DNA of 64,000 bases from a virus (IMGVR_UViG_3300045391_006539), one strand, 5' to 3'. Positions 36,081-46,009 are shown, counted from the first letter of the stretch. Translations and numbers: made by a program. The notes: generated from the sequence alone by a model not told the origin.

Positions 36081-36938
36081 GTGAACGTCATGGAAGAGCA
36101 GCAACAGGAAGTCGAGAAGACGGACGGGCGCATGTGCATCAAAGACCTCTCACTCGTCGACACCAAGGGTTTCATGCCCGTCATCGAGCGCAACGAGGCG
36201 GGTGAGGAAGTCGTCGCCATGCTGCCTTCCGTGGGCCACGACCTCATCGTCATGGCTCGAACGCCGGCGCAGCTCGACCAGAGCCGCGAGCAGGTCAAAG
36301 ACTGGTTGCAGCTGAAGCTTCGGTCTCTCCGAGCTGCAGAGCAGAATGCCCAAGAGAACTTGGATGCCGCCATTCAGGCCAAGGTCAAGACCTCGGCTTG
36401 GAAGGCGGTCATCTATAGAGAACGACGCCGCATCAAGTACTACGAAAAGCTCTACGCTGCTCTCGAGGCGGGCTACTACATCGTGCCTGATTTTCCCATC
36501 AACGTCATTGCCGTACGGACCAAGAAGACCCGCCCGACGGTTGGAGGTACCGAGTACAGATGGGCGAGCGACGTGCGGGATGAACCCCACCAGTTCTTGC
36601 CCGTCGGTGAAGGTGAGTACGTCAACCCCGACATCGCAGCTTATCCAGTCCAGCGCAACGTCCAGAACAGTGAGGGCAAGACTGAATCCGTCACACGGCA
36701 TCAGGCCGCCTTCGAGTTCGACGAAATCGACTTCCCGCTACGGGTCATTCGTCCTCAGATTCTCAAGGACTTCTCCAAGGCCGTGCAGGCCAAGATATTC
36801 GACGAGATTGGGGTCTTGCCAGACACCCGCCGACGTCAGGACCCGGTGGTCGTTGGACGCATCGAGCTCAAGGAGGGTTATACGAGGAAGAGCTGCTCCT
36901 TCATCATCAGCTGGTGGATTCCGACCTCGAGTCTCTGA
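36081..36938 (+). CDS. Conserved hypothetical phage protein
   Basis: 285-aa ORF; C-terminus IFDEIGVLP...DPVVVGRI...FIISWW. Confidence 0.6.
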   Translation: MNVMEEQQQEVEKTDGRMCIKDLSLVDTKGFMPVIERNEAGEEVVAMLPSVGHDLIVMARTPAQLDQSREQVKDWLQLKLRSLRAAEQNAQENLDAAIQAKVKTSAWKAVIYRERRRIKYYEKLYAALEAGYYIVPDFPINVIAVRTKKTRPTVGGTEYRWASDVRDEPHQFLPVGEGEYVNPDIAAYPVQRNVQNSEGKTESVTRHQAAFEFDEIDFPLRVIRPQILKDFSKAVQAKIFDEIGVLPDTRRRQDPVVVGRIELKEGYTRKSCSFIISWWIPTSSL

Positions 36939-37110
36939 CCCGTATAATTGGAGGCGTGACTATCGAAGGCGCTCCCAAAGCGGCAGTGCGTCTGGTGTTC
37001 GGCGCGGCTTGGTGTTCCCTGCTGCTCGGTGGCATGGTAGCAGGGACCCTCTTCGTCAGGCTGGGGTCTGCGCTCGGCCGCGCTGAAGACTGGTGTGAAA
37101 GGAAGCTCGT

Positions 37111-37557
37111 GTGAAGAGAGTCGATTTGGCGTGTATCGATGAGGACTTCTTTGGACTCATCTTCCCGATGTCCGAGGGTGCTCTCTGGACGAGTCAAGTG
37201 GGCGGTACGGCCAATGGGCATCCCGAGGTGCCCGGCATCTTCGTGCCACTACCCATGAACCTCCCCGACCAGGGAGATGACCCGTTACGCAATCACTATG
37301 TGACGGGCCGTGGGAGCAAGGACTATCCACGCCATCTGGTCGAGGCATTTTTGAACTCGGAGGAGTGGCTCGAAGACTATTTCGAGCCACTCGATAGCTG
37401 GGATGACCTGCCCATGTGTGTACCCTGGGTCGTGGCCGAGGCCTGGGTCCCAGTCCGAGTGCGCCGCATGCCTCTCGGGGAATCTGCAGGGGCTCGAGAC
37501 CTCCTCTTGCCTTTCAGCGGGCAGGTGGTGATTCTCGTTTACACCAACAGCGACTGA
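37111..37557 (+). CDS. DUF6210-like protein
   Basis: QVGG...HPEVPGIFVPL ... EAWVPV ... YTNSD-stop. Confidence 0.55.
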   Translation: MKRVDLACIDEDFFGLIFPMSEGALWTSQVGGTANGHPEVPGIFVPLPMNLPDQGDDPLRNHYVTGRGSKDYPRHLVEAFLNSEEWLEDYFEPLDSWDDLPMCVPWVVAEAWVPVRVRRMPLGESAGARDLLLPFSGQVVILVYTNSD

Positions 37558-38080
37558 GCAATTTTGTTGTCTCTTCGGAGATAACCAATTCGGAGAGAGA
37601 ATGGACAATGTCACGACGATGCCAGAGCCCGACTCGTTCGAGTGGGCTGGACTCAAGTTCAAGCGCCGCGGCGCCGAGTATCATTGCGAGAGGGGCGCGT
37701 TCGAGTGGGAAGTCGACGCGCGACCCAGTCCTGTCGCCGACCACGCCACACCCGAGCATTTTGCTCGGGTCTACTTGAGAGGTGTGAAGCTCATCATGTC
37801 GACGGGCAAGACACGGTTCGCGGCACTCAGCGATGCGCTCGAGAAACTCAAGACGCTCGAGGCGCTCGTCAGCACGGAGATTCATGAGAGAAGGCAAGGG
37901 AAGCAGAGGCCTTCTACTCGGAGGTGAATGACCATCAACAAAGAAAGGAATGAGGGACGATGAAACAAATACTCGTGCATGAAGGGGCGAGGAGATGCTC
38001 CTGCATGACCTAGTTGACGAACGGCTTGGGATAGATGCTGAATTTGAATTGCTCGTTTGTTCGGAATGGCAGCGAGCATG

Positions 38081-38149
38081 CAGTCCATTGCTCAGAGGGT
38101 AGCGTCCCCGATACGTCGGGTAGTTTCGGTTCGAGCCCGAGTGGACTAC
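38081..38149 (+). ncRNA. tRNA-like RNA with a 4-nt (UACG) loop in place of the anticodon loop
   Basis: Acceptor (C)AGTCCA/TGGACT(A), D-arm GCT-CAGAGGGT-AGC, CCCGA-TACG-TCGGG arm, T-arm TTCGG-TTCGAGC-CCGAG. No encoded CCA. Confidence 0.6.
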
Positions 38150-38216
38150 GATTGTTTGGCTAGTTTGAAATCTCGTCGTCTGGGTGGGGCTAAAGCCCCA
38201 CCCGCAGACTAGCCCC

Positions 38217-38453
38217 TTACTTCTTCCTGCCCCCTTTGAGGGACAACACGGGCGCGGTGGGCTTCGCCGCCGGCTTGTTCTTGGCTGGCTTCTTGCGCGT
38301 CTTGTTGTCGAACCAGGTCTCTACGAGCTGGCTTTGCTCGTTGCCCTTGGCTTGGTGCTCGACGACGAAGTCCTTGAGCGAGATGGATTCACCCCCAGCC
38401 ATGCGCTTGTGATGCAGTCTCTTGATTTGCTTACTGACGGATTGTGTATTCAT
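38217..38453 (-). CDS. Small basic hypothetical protein
   Basis: GAGGA RBS; Lys-rich tail. Confidence 0.55.
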   Translation of the reverse strand: MNTQSVSKQIKRLHHKRMAGGESISLKDFVVEHQAKGNEQSQLVETWFDNKTRKKPAKNKPAAKPTAPVLSLKGGRKK

Positions 38454-39675
38454 TGTCCTCGGATGCTGTCAGAAGAGCGGCGGCAACGAGAAGGGTGGGG
38501 ATGCATTCCACCTTCGAGGGCAGTTTCGGTCACCCATGAACTCTCTCGGTAGCTGAGAAGAAAGGAGCAACGCGTTGCCGCCGCACTTCCGACAGTATCT
38601 GATGGCAGTTCTCTTTCACCAAACTCTTTATCTCGGAATTCGTCTGGTCTTTGCGGGATAACCCTTTTGGAGGGAAGCATGATGAGCAATCTCTATACGT
38701 GGATGGTCCGCATGGGCATCCTCGTGTACCTGTTTTGGAAGGACTTCTTCGACCCACTAGTCACGGCCGTGCCGTGTGGGTGCGGTGAGCTCTATCCAGC
38801 GGGTAACTGTGTGCGTTGTCATGGCACGGGACTCAGGCATAGACCAGCGAGAAGGGTGACGATGTGGAAGCAGAAAAATCAGAAGTAGACGATGACTGGA
38901 TGAAGGACCCTGCCGAGGCATGGGCGGGCGAGATACCGCAGCTCGTTCCTGGTGAGCCATTCAGTCCCCAGACCAAGGCACGGCTCGAGCACATGCTCGA
39001 GCAGATGCGGTTCACGGCGAATGAATTCTATTCGTCTGCCGTGCGCATCGGGCAGCACACGTTCATCGAATTCAATGGAATGCTGCTCGAGTACATCAAG
39101 GGTTGCCAGAACATGTACTTGGCAGAGGTCGACTTCACGATGAACAATCAGAGGCCGACCGAGGAAGAGCTGCATTACATTGGCGAGAAGTTCGAGTGCA
39201 TCTGGGGTCACTGCATGACGGACCCGCGTCTCCGGACGGCGTTCGTGGCTGGGGTACTGGGCGCCCAGCTCCCGGTCGTGTATGACAAGGTCATCCAGCT
39301 CGAGCTGGTGGACGAGGAGCCGCCGTCCGAGGAGGAGTGGTACTCGGCGAGCGGCTGAGCCGCTGCCAGGCGCGTGTTGGGATGGGGACGGCCACGGCCG
39401 TCCCCGGCTCCCACCCGGCGCTTCCTAGCCCCTCTTCCGGGGCGTTGTGGGGTGGTGGCCTATTGGTGGCCTGTCGCATAAGCCTCGGCGGCGCAGGTGC
39501 ACCGGTGGTGCGCGCGCACCGGGTGCGCGTTTTGGTTCGGTTGGAAACCTCAATGATTACCGATAACTATTCGACGGTTATCGTAAAGTGAGGCATGTCT
39601 ATAAGCGTCATAAGGGGCTAGGAGCAGCCTGCAGCGCGCCGGCGGCGAGCTTTGGCCCGCCGCCGTATCGGCCAC

Positions 39676-40194
39676 TCAGTCGAAGACCGGCTTCGCGTAG
39701 CACTGCTGCAGGTGCTCGCGGTTCTCGTGGGTGGTGTTGCTCGCGTTGGGGCAGCTGGTATCAACGGAGTTCTTGGCGGCTGCCCTGGCGCGCTCGAGAC
39801 GACGTGCTTCCAGCTCCTCCTTCGACCGAGGTTCTGGAATCTCGGGTATGACTACGGACTCGGCAGCAGCGAGGTTGGCGTAGGCGAGACGCTCGACGTT
39901 GGTCCGCATGAACTCTCGTCGCCACTCGTCGTAGCGTTCATGGTCGTTCTCTCGAAGCGCGTTGGCGCGGTTGGTCTGCTCGTAGGTCTTCAGTGGTCGA
40001 TTCTGGATGCGTTCGATGGCCTCGCGCAGGGCCATGAACGCCATGTAGCTGCGCTCGCTGAGGACCTCCGCTAGATAGTTGACGCGAATCTTGTAGTGCA
40101 GGTAGTCGAGCGTGCCCGACTTGAAGCGCTCACGGGCCTCTTTACGTACGGCGAAGTAGTGTTCGAGTTCCTTGCGTGCCTTTGACTTTTCCAT
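39676..40194 (-). CDS. Hypothetical helical protein
   Basis: Likely ATG start (MEKSKAR) after a GAGGT RBS; last gene of a minus-strand operon. Confidence 0.55.
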   Translation of the reverse strand: MEKSKARKELEHYFAVRKEARERFKSGTLDYLHYKIRVNYLAEVLSERSYMAFMALREAIERIQNRPLKTYEQTNRANALRENDHERYDEWRREFMRTNVERLAYANLAAAESVVIPEIPEPRSKEELEARRLERARAAAKNSVDTSCPNASNTTHENREHLQQCYAKPVFD

Positions 40195-40601
40195 GAGTAC
40201 CTCGAAGTAGCGGGCGACGGGGGCCCATCCTATGGCCCCCGTCACCAAAGTTCACTCAGAGTTCGGCGTGAGCTGCGAGGACGTCGAGCCAGGCGTGAGC
40301 CAAGGAGCGACGCGACTTGATGTAGAGCTCGGTGAAGTACGGGCGGCAGCCGAGACTGCTGGACATGGCGAGGCACTGGACCCGGGCGTATTCGATGGCC
40401 TCGTGAGCGAGCGAATTGTTCTGCTCCAGCTTGTCGAGAGCGGGCATCTCGACCGTGCGCCGTTGTCCCGTCTCGACCGAGCCAAACTCGCGGGCACTGA
40501 ACTCGAGGTAGGCGTCGAGAGCAGCTCTGGCATCCTTCACCATGTTCATCATCTGTGTGTTCATTCTGACTTTCCTTTCTTCTCGTGACCGCGTGAGAGA
40601 T

Positions 40602-40988
40602 TCACACGGGTACGTCTTTGGTCTTGAGACTCTTCACCCGCGCTTCCTCGACTTCGAGAAGGAACTCATAGGTCGCATAGGTGAACATGCGGGCTTTGTC
40701 ATCGATGGCATTGACGAGCGCGTGCATCCCAGGACTGAGTGGACTTCCTGGTGGTCCAGCGTGGGCTGACACTTCGCCGAGGATGCATTGAGCGACGTGT
40801 GTCAGTGCTCGATAGGCCCTCTCGTCTCGGCGTTTCAGGTCATCGTCGAGATGCTTCTTGATGTGGAGGAATTCGAGTACTGCTCGGAGACCCGCCGACG
40901 TCGTGGCGTTCGCCTCGTAGTTTCGGAGAACGGTCTCCCTCACGCCTGCCCGAGCAGCCCAGTACCAATCGAGGTCTGCTTTACTCAT
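40602..40988 (-). CDS. Hypothetical protein, tandem paralogue A (MSKADLDWYW...)
   Basis: Shares its N-terminus and a YEFL motif with the adjacent gene. Confidence 0.65.
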   Translation of the reverse strand: MSKADLDWYWAARAGVRETVLRNYEANATTSAGLRAVLEFLHIKKHLDDDLKRRDERAYRALTHVAQCILGEVSAHAGPPGSPLSPGMHALVNAIDDKARMFTYATYEFLLEVEEARVKSLKTKDVPV

Positions 40989-41328
40989 CCCTCTTCCTCT
41001 TGATGTCGTTCACTCTCTCGAGGAACTCGTAGATGTGTCCTGAGACCTCTTGCATGAGAGCGATGCTGGTGAGGCCTGTGATGAGGCTTTCGTTCTCTTC
41101 TATGACCCTCGCATCTTCTGGTGTCCCTCGACATGGGTTACCACCAGAGAGTCGTGTCAGTAAGAGGCCCATGGCACCGTCCACGGCTTCTACGCCCAGT
41201 TGGTTCTCCCTACGCAGGTCTCGATACAAGTCGAGTCTCATAGTGGCAGCCTCCTTTTTACTGAGGCTCGAGTCGTAAGTGATGGCCCGGCGCTTCTCCC
41301 AATACCAATCGAGGTCTTCTTTGCTCAT
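40981..41328 (-). CDS. Hypothetical protein, tandem paralogue B (MSKEDLDWYW...)
   Basis: Shares its N-terminus and a YEFL motif with the adjacent gene. Confidence 0.65.
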   Translation of the reverse strand: MSKEDLDWYWEKRRAITYDSSLSKKEAATMRLDLYRDLRRENQLGVEAVDGAMGLLLTRLSGGNPCRGTPEDARVIEENESLITGLTSIALMQEVSGHIYEFLERVNDIKRKRDE

Positions 41329-41426
41329 TTTTCTTTGACACCTTCCTGCCCCGGGTTATCATCTGGACATGGCTTGACAGTCAGCGCTTCGCGCAACTCC
41401 TTCGGCGACTGTTCATTGCCATCATT

Positions 41427-41503
41427 GCGCTGGTAGCTCAGCCTGGTAGAGCACTGAAGCTCAAGCAACTTCAGAGTCGTGCGTTCAAATCGCACCTGGC
41501 GCG
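41427..41503 (+). tRNA. Atypical tRNA with enlarged anticodon arm (6-bp stem, 9-nt loop CTCAAGCAA; nominal anticodon CAA)
   Basis: Acceptor GCGCTGG/CTGGCGC, canonical D-arm TAGCTCAGCCTGGTAGAGC, T-arm GTGCG-TTCAAAT-CGCAC. The anticodon arm is 4 nt too long. Confidence 0.75.
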
Positions 41504-41510
41504 CTCGTTA

Positions 41511-41620
41511 CTCGCAGTAGCTCAAGAGGAAGAGCGTCCGAAATTCCGAGGGTTACGCTTCGGCGATTCACCCAGTTGGGGAGTAGGGAGATGGTCACTC
41601 GAGGTGACCCTGCGGGACCA
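41511..41620 (+). ncRNA. tRNA-like RNA (110 nt, CCA end) whose anticodon arm is replaced by a long hairpin capped with C-UUCG-G
   Basis: Acceptor CTCGCAG/CTGCGGG-A-CCA, D-arm GCTC-AAGAGGAA-GAGC, T-arm GGTCA-CTCGAGG-TGACC, central GGGT..CGC-TTCG-GCG..ACCC. Confidence 0.7.
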
Positions 41621-41680
41621 AGACTTGGGGGCGAGCCCCGCCCCTCCCACCAGAGCTTGTCGGGGCCCGCCCTCTCGCTT

Positions 41681-42358
41681 TCATCCGGCTTGGTAGATGG
41701 TGCCGAAGAGCTCGGAAAGCGTCCCGTTACTGTAGGCATGTAGCGGGTCGAGTAGTATTGGGAAGATGTGGCTCGCCTTGCGCGAGCTCTGAAACTCGCG
41801 CTCGTTGCAGTAGTCGAAGACCTCTTTGATGGCCATCGCGTGCAGCGCGAGCATGGTCTTGCCCGAGTACTCGACCCACTTGTCCGTGAAGTCGAACAAG
41901 AGAGCGAGTTCGATGAGGACCTCGTCTTCTTCAACGTCGAGTGCCGGCAGCCGCGAGCGCATCTCCTCGAGCCAGTGCACGCCAGACTCGGATGGACTCA
42001 TCTGCGCCTGAGCATTGAGGAAGCCATCGCTCGTCGAGCGTGAGGAAGTCTTCGGCTTCTCCTCCTCTTCCTCCTTCTCCTTTTCGGCATGGAAGGCCTG
42101 GTATGTCTCCGAGGTGACTTCTAGCGAGACGTTGTGCTCTTCGCTGAGCCATTCTCGGACCTCTTTGAGGTATGGCTTGATGAGTTGTATGGTGGTCTTG
42201 TTGGCTGGTGTCTCGAGGAGGCGAATGACGGCTCCGTCGTACTGACCATCGGAACGAATGCCGATGATGATGTCTTCATAGGTGATGGTGTGATTGCGGT
42301 AATCACCACCTCCCGTTGGGTCTTCGAGGTAGGCGAGATTTTCGATATCGAAAGACAA
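41681..42358 (-). CDS. Hypothetical protein
   Basis: Likely TTG start after AAGGAG and a promoter motif at ~42380. The longer ORF-track call overlaps the PTH2-like gene. Confidence 0.55.
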   Translation of the reverse strand: MSFDIENLAYLEDPTGGGDYRNHTITYEDIIIGIRSDGQYDGAVIRLLETPANKTTIQLIKPYLKEVREWLSEEHNVSLEVTSETYQAFHAEKEKEEEEEKPKTSSRSTSDGFLNAQAQMSPSESGVHWLEEMRSRLPALDVEEDEVLIELALLFDFTDKWVEYSGKTMLALHAMAIKEVFDYCNEREFQSSRKASHIFPILLDPLHAYSNGTLSELFGTIYQAG

Positions 42359-42472
42359 GATGTGTCTCCTTCCTAGTCGGTTATTCCTCTTCGTCCGCGT
42401 CCTTTGCAGGACCGCGAGCGGGGCGGCGTCCACTTGGGACGCGTGAACAGTTTCTCTTTGGAGGTTGGTTTC

Positions 42473-42796
42473 ATGGACAAGATGTATGTGGTGGTTCGTC
42501 GCGACTTGAATCAGGGTCTTCAGATAGCCCAGGCCGTGCATGCGGGCGTGACGTTTGCTCTCACGTACGAAGAGCGGGAGAACGTGATAGTCAAGCATGC
42601 GCCGAATGAATCGGCGGTGAGCGAGCTCGTGCTCCGGGCCCGACAGCTCGGCTACCCAGCTCTGACGTTCTCCGAGCCAGACCTGGGTGGGCAGGTCACG
42701 GCGGCGGCACTCGGTGGCGAGGCGAAGAAGCTCGTGTCGAACTTGCCGCTAGCCTTTCGCCCCGAAGATGGAGAGCATGCGATGCGCGTTGGATAG
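42473..42796 (+). CDS. PTH2-like peptidyl-tRNA hydrolase
   Basis: KMYVVVRRDL..G.QIAQAVHA ... F.EPDLGGQVTA.A ... LVSNLPL motif; GGAGG RBS. Confidence 0.8.
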   Translation: MDKMYVVVRRDLNQGLQIAQAVHAGVTFALTYEERENVIVKHAPNESAVSELVLRARQLGYPALTFSEPDLGGQVTAAALGGEAKKLVSNLPLAFRPEDGEHAMRVG

Positions 42797-44331
42797 CGCC
42801 CGTCCCATCTGGTACATGTTCCCTTCGGTCACTCGAGGGGCGTGGTCGAACTCCCAGCCCGTATCATCGAAGTGGATGATGAAGAGCTCTTCTTCTCCTT
42901 CCAGGCCGGCGTAGGCCTTGAAGATGACGCTCGCGCCTTTGCCGTTGAACTCGATGACGCAGCCGTATGTTCTTTCAATGGCCGTGCGAAGGTGCTGGAG
43001 AACGGTGAGCGGGGGTAGTACACGTTCCATTGTTTCTCGAAGAGGGTGAGGATGACGTCGACGCGGAATCGAACGGACTCGAGCCGCATGGCTTTGCGAA
43101 CTGCACGCCCGAAGCGCTGGAAGCTCTTCTTGTCGCGGGCGTTGTAGAGCTCCGTGTTGTCGGCAGCGCTCTCGAGTAGTTTGTAACTCGGGAACCAGAT
43201 GCCGAGTCGGCGCGAGACGAGTAGCTCGATGGCGAGCGCATGAATCTCGTGCAGGTCTTTGATGAAGTTGGGCTTGCCAATGAAGTGTGAGTCGACTTCG
43301 TTGGTCGCGTACCTCATCCGCCCAATCGAGAAGGTGTACTTGGCAGGTAGGAGTGTCTGATGGGCGAGTTCATGGAGGACTATCTCCATGTCGTCGATGT
43401 CCAGGTCCTCATAGGGCGAGTCTTGGACGGGTGGTATGGAGCGAACACCCCATATTTTCCTGAAGGTCTGGATGGTCATCTGCCGGCGTGATTTGGGCCG
43501 GGTCTTTCCTGACATGGGTTCTCCTTCATGTCGGTTATGCCCTAGACCCCAGACGATTTGAAGGGCTAGAGAAAGAGCCCCTGGTGGAGGCTCTTTCCCT
43601 GGCCTTTCAGGCCGTCACGAAGCTGGCGAGCTCGAGGATTTCGTCTCGGCGAATCGAAGCGTCGAGTGCCCCAACGTCGTCATGTTCTTGCCTGCAACAC
43701 AGCATCTGCTTGTGGTGCATGAGCGCCTCGGCGAGGTTGAGCGAGTGTATACTGCACTCGAGACAACCGCATTCGAGACCCTGTTTGAGTAGGACACTTA
43801 CGATGCGCTCCGTGCGCTTCATGTCGTTGGCGACGTAGCGTAGGATGTTCTTGGTCTTCTCTGGCGACTTACAGAGCCCCGTGCAGCTGCCCGTGCAGAT
43901 GGTCGTGACGATGGCGGAGACGCTGCTGGGTGCCCGCTCGCTGAAGGGCGCGTCGGTGGTCATGATGTTCATTTGGTTCCCCCAATTTTCTGAGTGGTGT
44001 TCGGCTTGATGGTTCGGACGAATGAATGTGGAGGCGGGGCGCTGATGGGCTCCGCGAAGGTCTGGTCGAACGAGGCATCGACCTCGAGGTAGAGTCGGAA
44101 CTCTTCGGCCTGGCGCTGGCGGTTGCGAGCGACCAGGTCGGGATTGACGAAGCTATAAGAGCCACTCGGCTTCTTGTAGCCGGCGGTGATGCCCAGCGGC
44201 GTTCGGATGGCGTCCTCCACGGCATGTGCCGTGATTGGAGTGGCGCTCTTTCTGTCGGCGCGTACGTGCTCGGGCTCGCTCGCGGTGGGTGCGGTGATGC
44301 TCCAGATGCTCATTGATTTTCCCCTTCAAAG

Positions 44332-44504
44332 ACGAACGGCGCAGTGCGAGTCTGTACGCCTTCGTGCCCCCGGCGAATTCCGGAGGACATGAAAACAGAC
44401 CCACACTGCGCCGTTCGTGGTGCAGTAGATGCGGTAGTCTAGGACGAGTCCACGACGTGGAAGATAGGAAACCGCGGTGTCGTAGACTCGTTCTGGACTA
44501 CCGT
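44332..44504. other. Two adjacent long hairpins (candidate ncRNA or regulatory leader)
   Basis: ACGAACGGCGCAGTG/CACTGCGCCGTTCGT perfect 15-bp stem (44332-44418) and a 26-bp imperfect stem (44431-44504). Confidence 0.55.
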
Positions 44505-45710
44505 ACGGTTTCAGGCACTGAGCCTCTTCTTGAGGCGCTCGAGGAAGCTCTGCGGCGGTTGCGCAGGTTCCTCGTCATCACCCGTGATGCTCTCCACGGG
44601 TGCGTAGCCCGGCATTCTGCCGAACTTGGGGTATGTCACCACGAAGGACCTCAAGTGTCCTTTCATGGAGAGTTGGTCGAGGCGTTCGAGGTAGTCCTTC
44701 GCCGTATCACCAAAGTCGGTGAGGTCTAGTGGTGGAATGGTCAAGCGCGCCTCATCACTCTGCGGATGGCACGACTCGCCTTCACGGACGTGAGATTCAT
44801 CTTCGTACGCCATACTGCCAAGCTATTGCAGGAGTTTGGCGGCGCCTCATCACTCGACTCCGCCCGGTCTTTCAGGACGGAGTCGAGATGAGCGACGGCC
44901 GCGCGCATCTCCCTGGTACTCGACGGAGTACCGCGCGTATTCTTCTTTTCGGTCTTCATGGTGGTTCCCTTTTTGGCGCCACCATGAAAGTGGCGCCCTT
45001 AGATTGCTTCCTTAATATTTATTCCGGAAACAACGGGATTTTTGCCACCTTGGCTGGCCTCATCGAGTCGGTCCATGATGCAGTGACGGTGCAGGCTCGA
45101 GATGAGCGTGGCCGTCTCGCGCCAGCGCATCGCTTCCTCGCGCAGGAGCTCGGAAGGCACCTCGGAGAGCGACGTCATGGAGTCGATGAGCAGCTGCTCG
45201 TAGAGCTTGAATGCGGCGTCACCGACGGCGCCGAGCTCGCTGATTTTGCGGAAGTCGGTCAGGTCGCTGGAGGCGTCGTTGAGCATGCCCCAGACGGTCT
45301 CCCACTTGGCGGTCTCCGCTTTCCACCAGGCTTGTGCGGGCTTCTCGAGCGGTTCGTGCTTTTGAGCGTTCGCGTGCGTGAGCCCCAGCATGACACCCTT
45401 GGTCACCTGAACGCGCGCGGCCTTAATCATCTCTCGATGGGCACGTCGCCGCGACTCGACGCGGCTGACGGGAAAGCTGTCCTTCAGCTTGCTGAAAAAC
45501 CCCTTGTTCTTGGTCAATAGCCCCTACTTGTGGTGTCTTACGACGAGTAAAGAGTGTAGCAAAATTCGGCGCGGCGTCTTTCACCTGGGATGGTGAGCGT
45601 ACCCCTCGCGTCGGTCACTCACCGGGCGCTCAGTGTGTCGATAACAATCTCATTTCACCCGTCGTCGACACGCTGTCGGTACGGTCTGTCGGAGCTCCGG
45701 TGTTGCACCG

Positions 45711-45757
45711 TGAGGCTAAAAATGGGGCGTTCCGCGACATTGTCGGAACGCCCCATT
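45711..45757 (-). terminator. Terminator ending the Tas-TIGR transcript
   Basis: AATGGGGCGTTCCG/CGGAACGCCCCATT 14-bp stem followed on the minus strand by TTTTTAGCC. Confidence 0.75.
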
Positions 45758-45763
45758 CAGGGA

Positions 45764-46009
45764 CTACTTCGTAGTCCTACCGTGCTGCTCGTCGTAGAGT
45801 CGGCCGATTTCCCGACGCTGTGCGGCTGCCTCGTCCTCGGTGAGGTCGGGTAGTCCACGGCAGGCACGGGAGAGGACCATCTCTCCATAGACCCAGCTGA
45901 TGGCTTGTTCACGCCGGTGCCGGGCTTTCTCCTCTGGAGTCAGGGCCTCGAAGGCCGCGATGGCCTTCTTCGCTAGTTCTCGTAGTTCGGGTCTGTCACT
46001 TAGAACCAT
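45764..46009 (-). CDS. Small hypothetical protein immediately downstream of the TIGR array
   Basis: Its ATG overlaps the last array repeat; sequence includes LTPEEKARHRREQAISWVYG. Confidence 0.55.
   Translation of the reverse strand: MVLSDRPELRELAKKAIAAFEALTPEEKARHRREQAISWVYGEMVLSRACRGLPDLTEDEAAAQRREIGRLYDEQHGRTTK

Larger units (their letters stand above)
12176..39358 (+). other. Dense cluster of ~80 small, mostly hypothetical phage accessory ORFs (many Cys-rich Zn-binding), often with overlapping stop/start codons
   Basis: Continuous chain of + strand ORFs with ATGA/TGATG couplings and AGGAG RBSs. Confidence 0.75.

Noticed and set aside
41427-41503. Ordinary tRNA-Leu(CAA)
   Set aside because: The anticodon arm is 4 nt too long and there is no long variable arm as expected for bacterial tRNA-Leu. 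It is kept only as an atypical tRNA.
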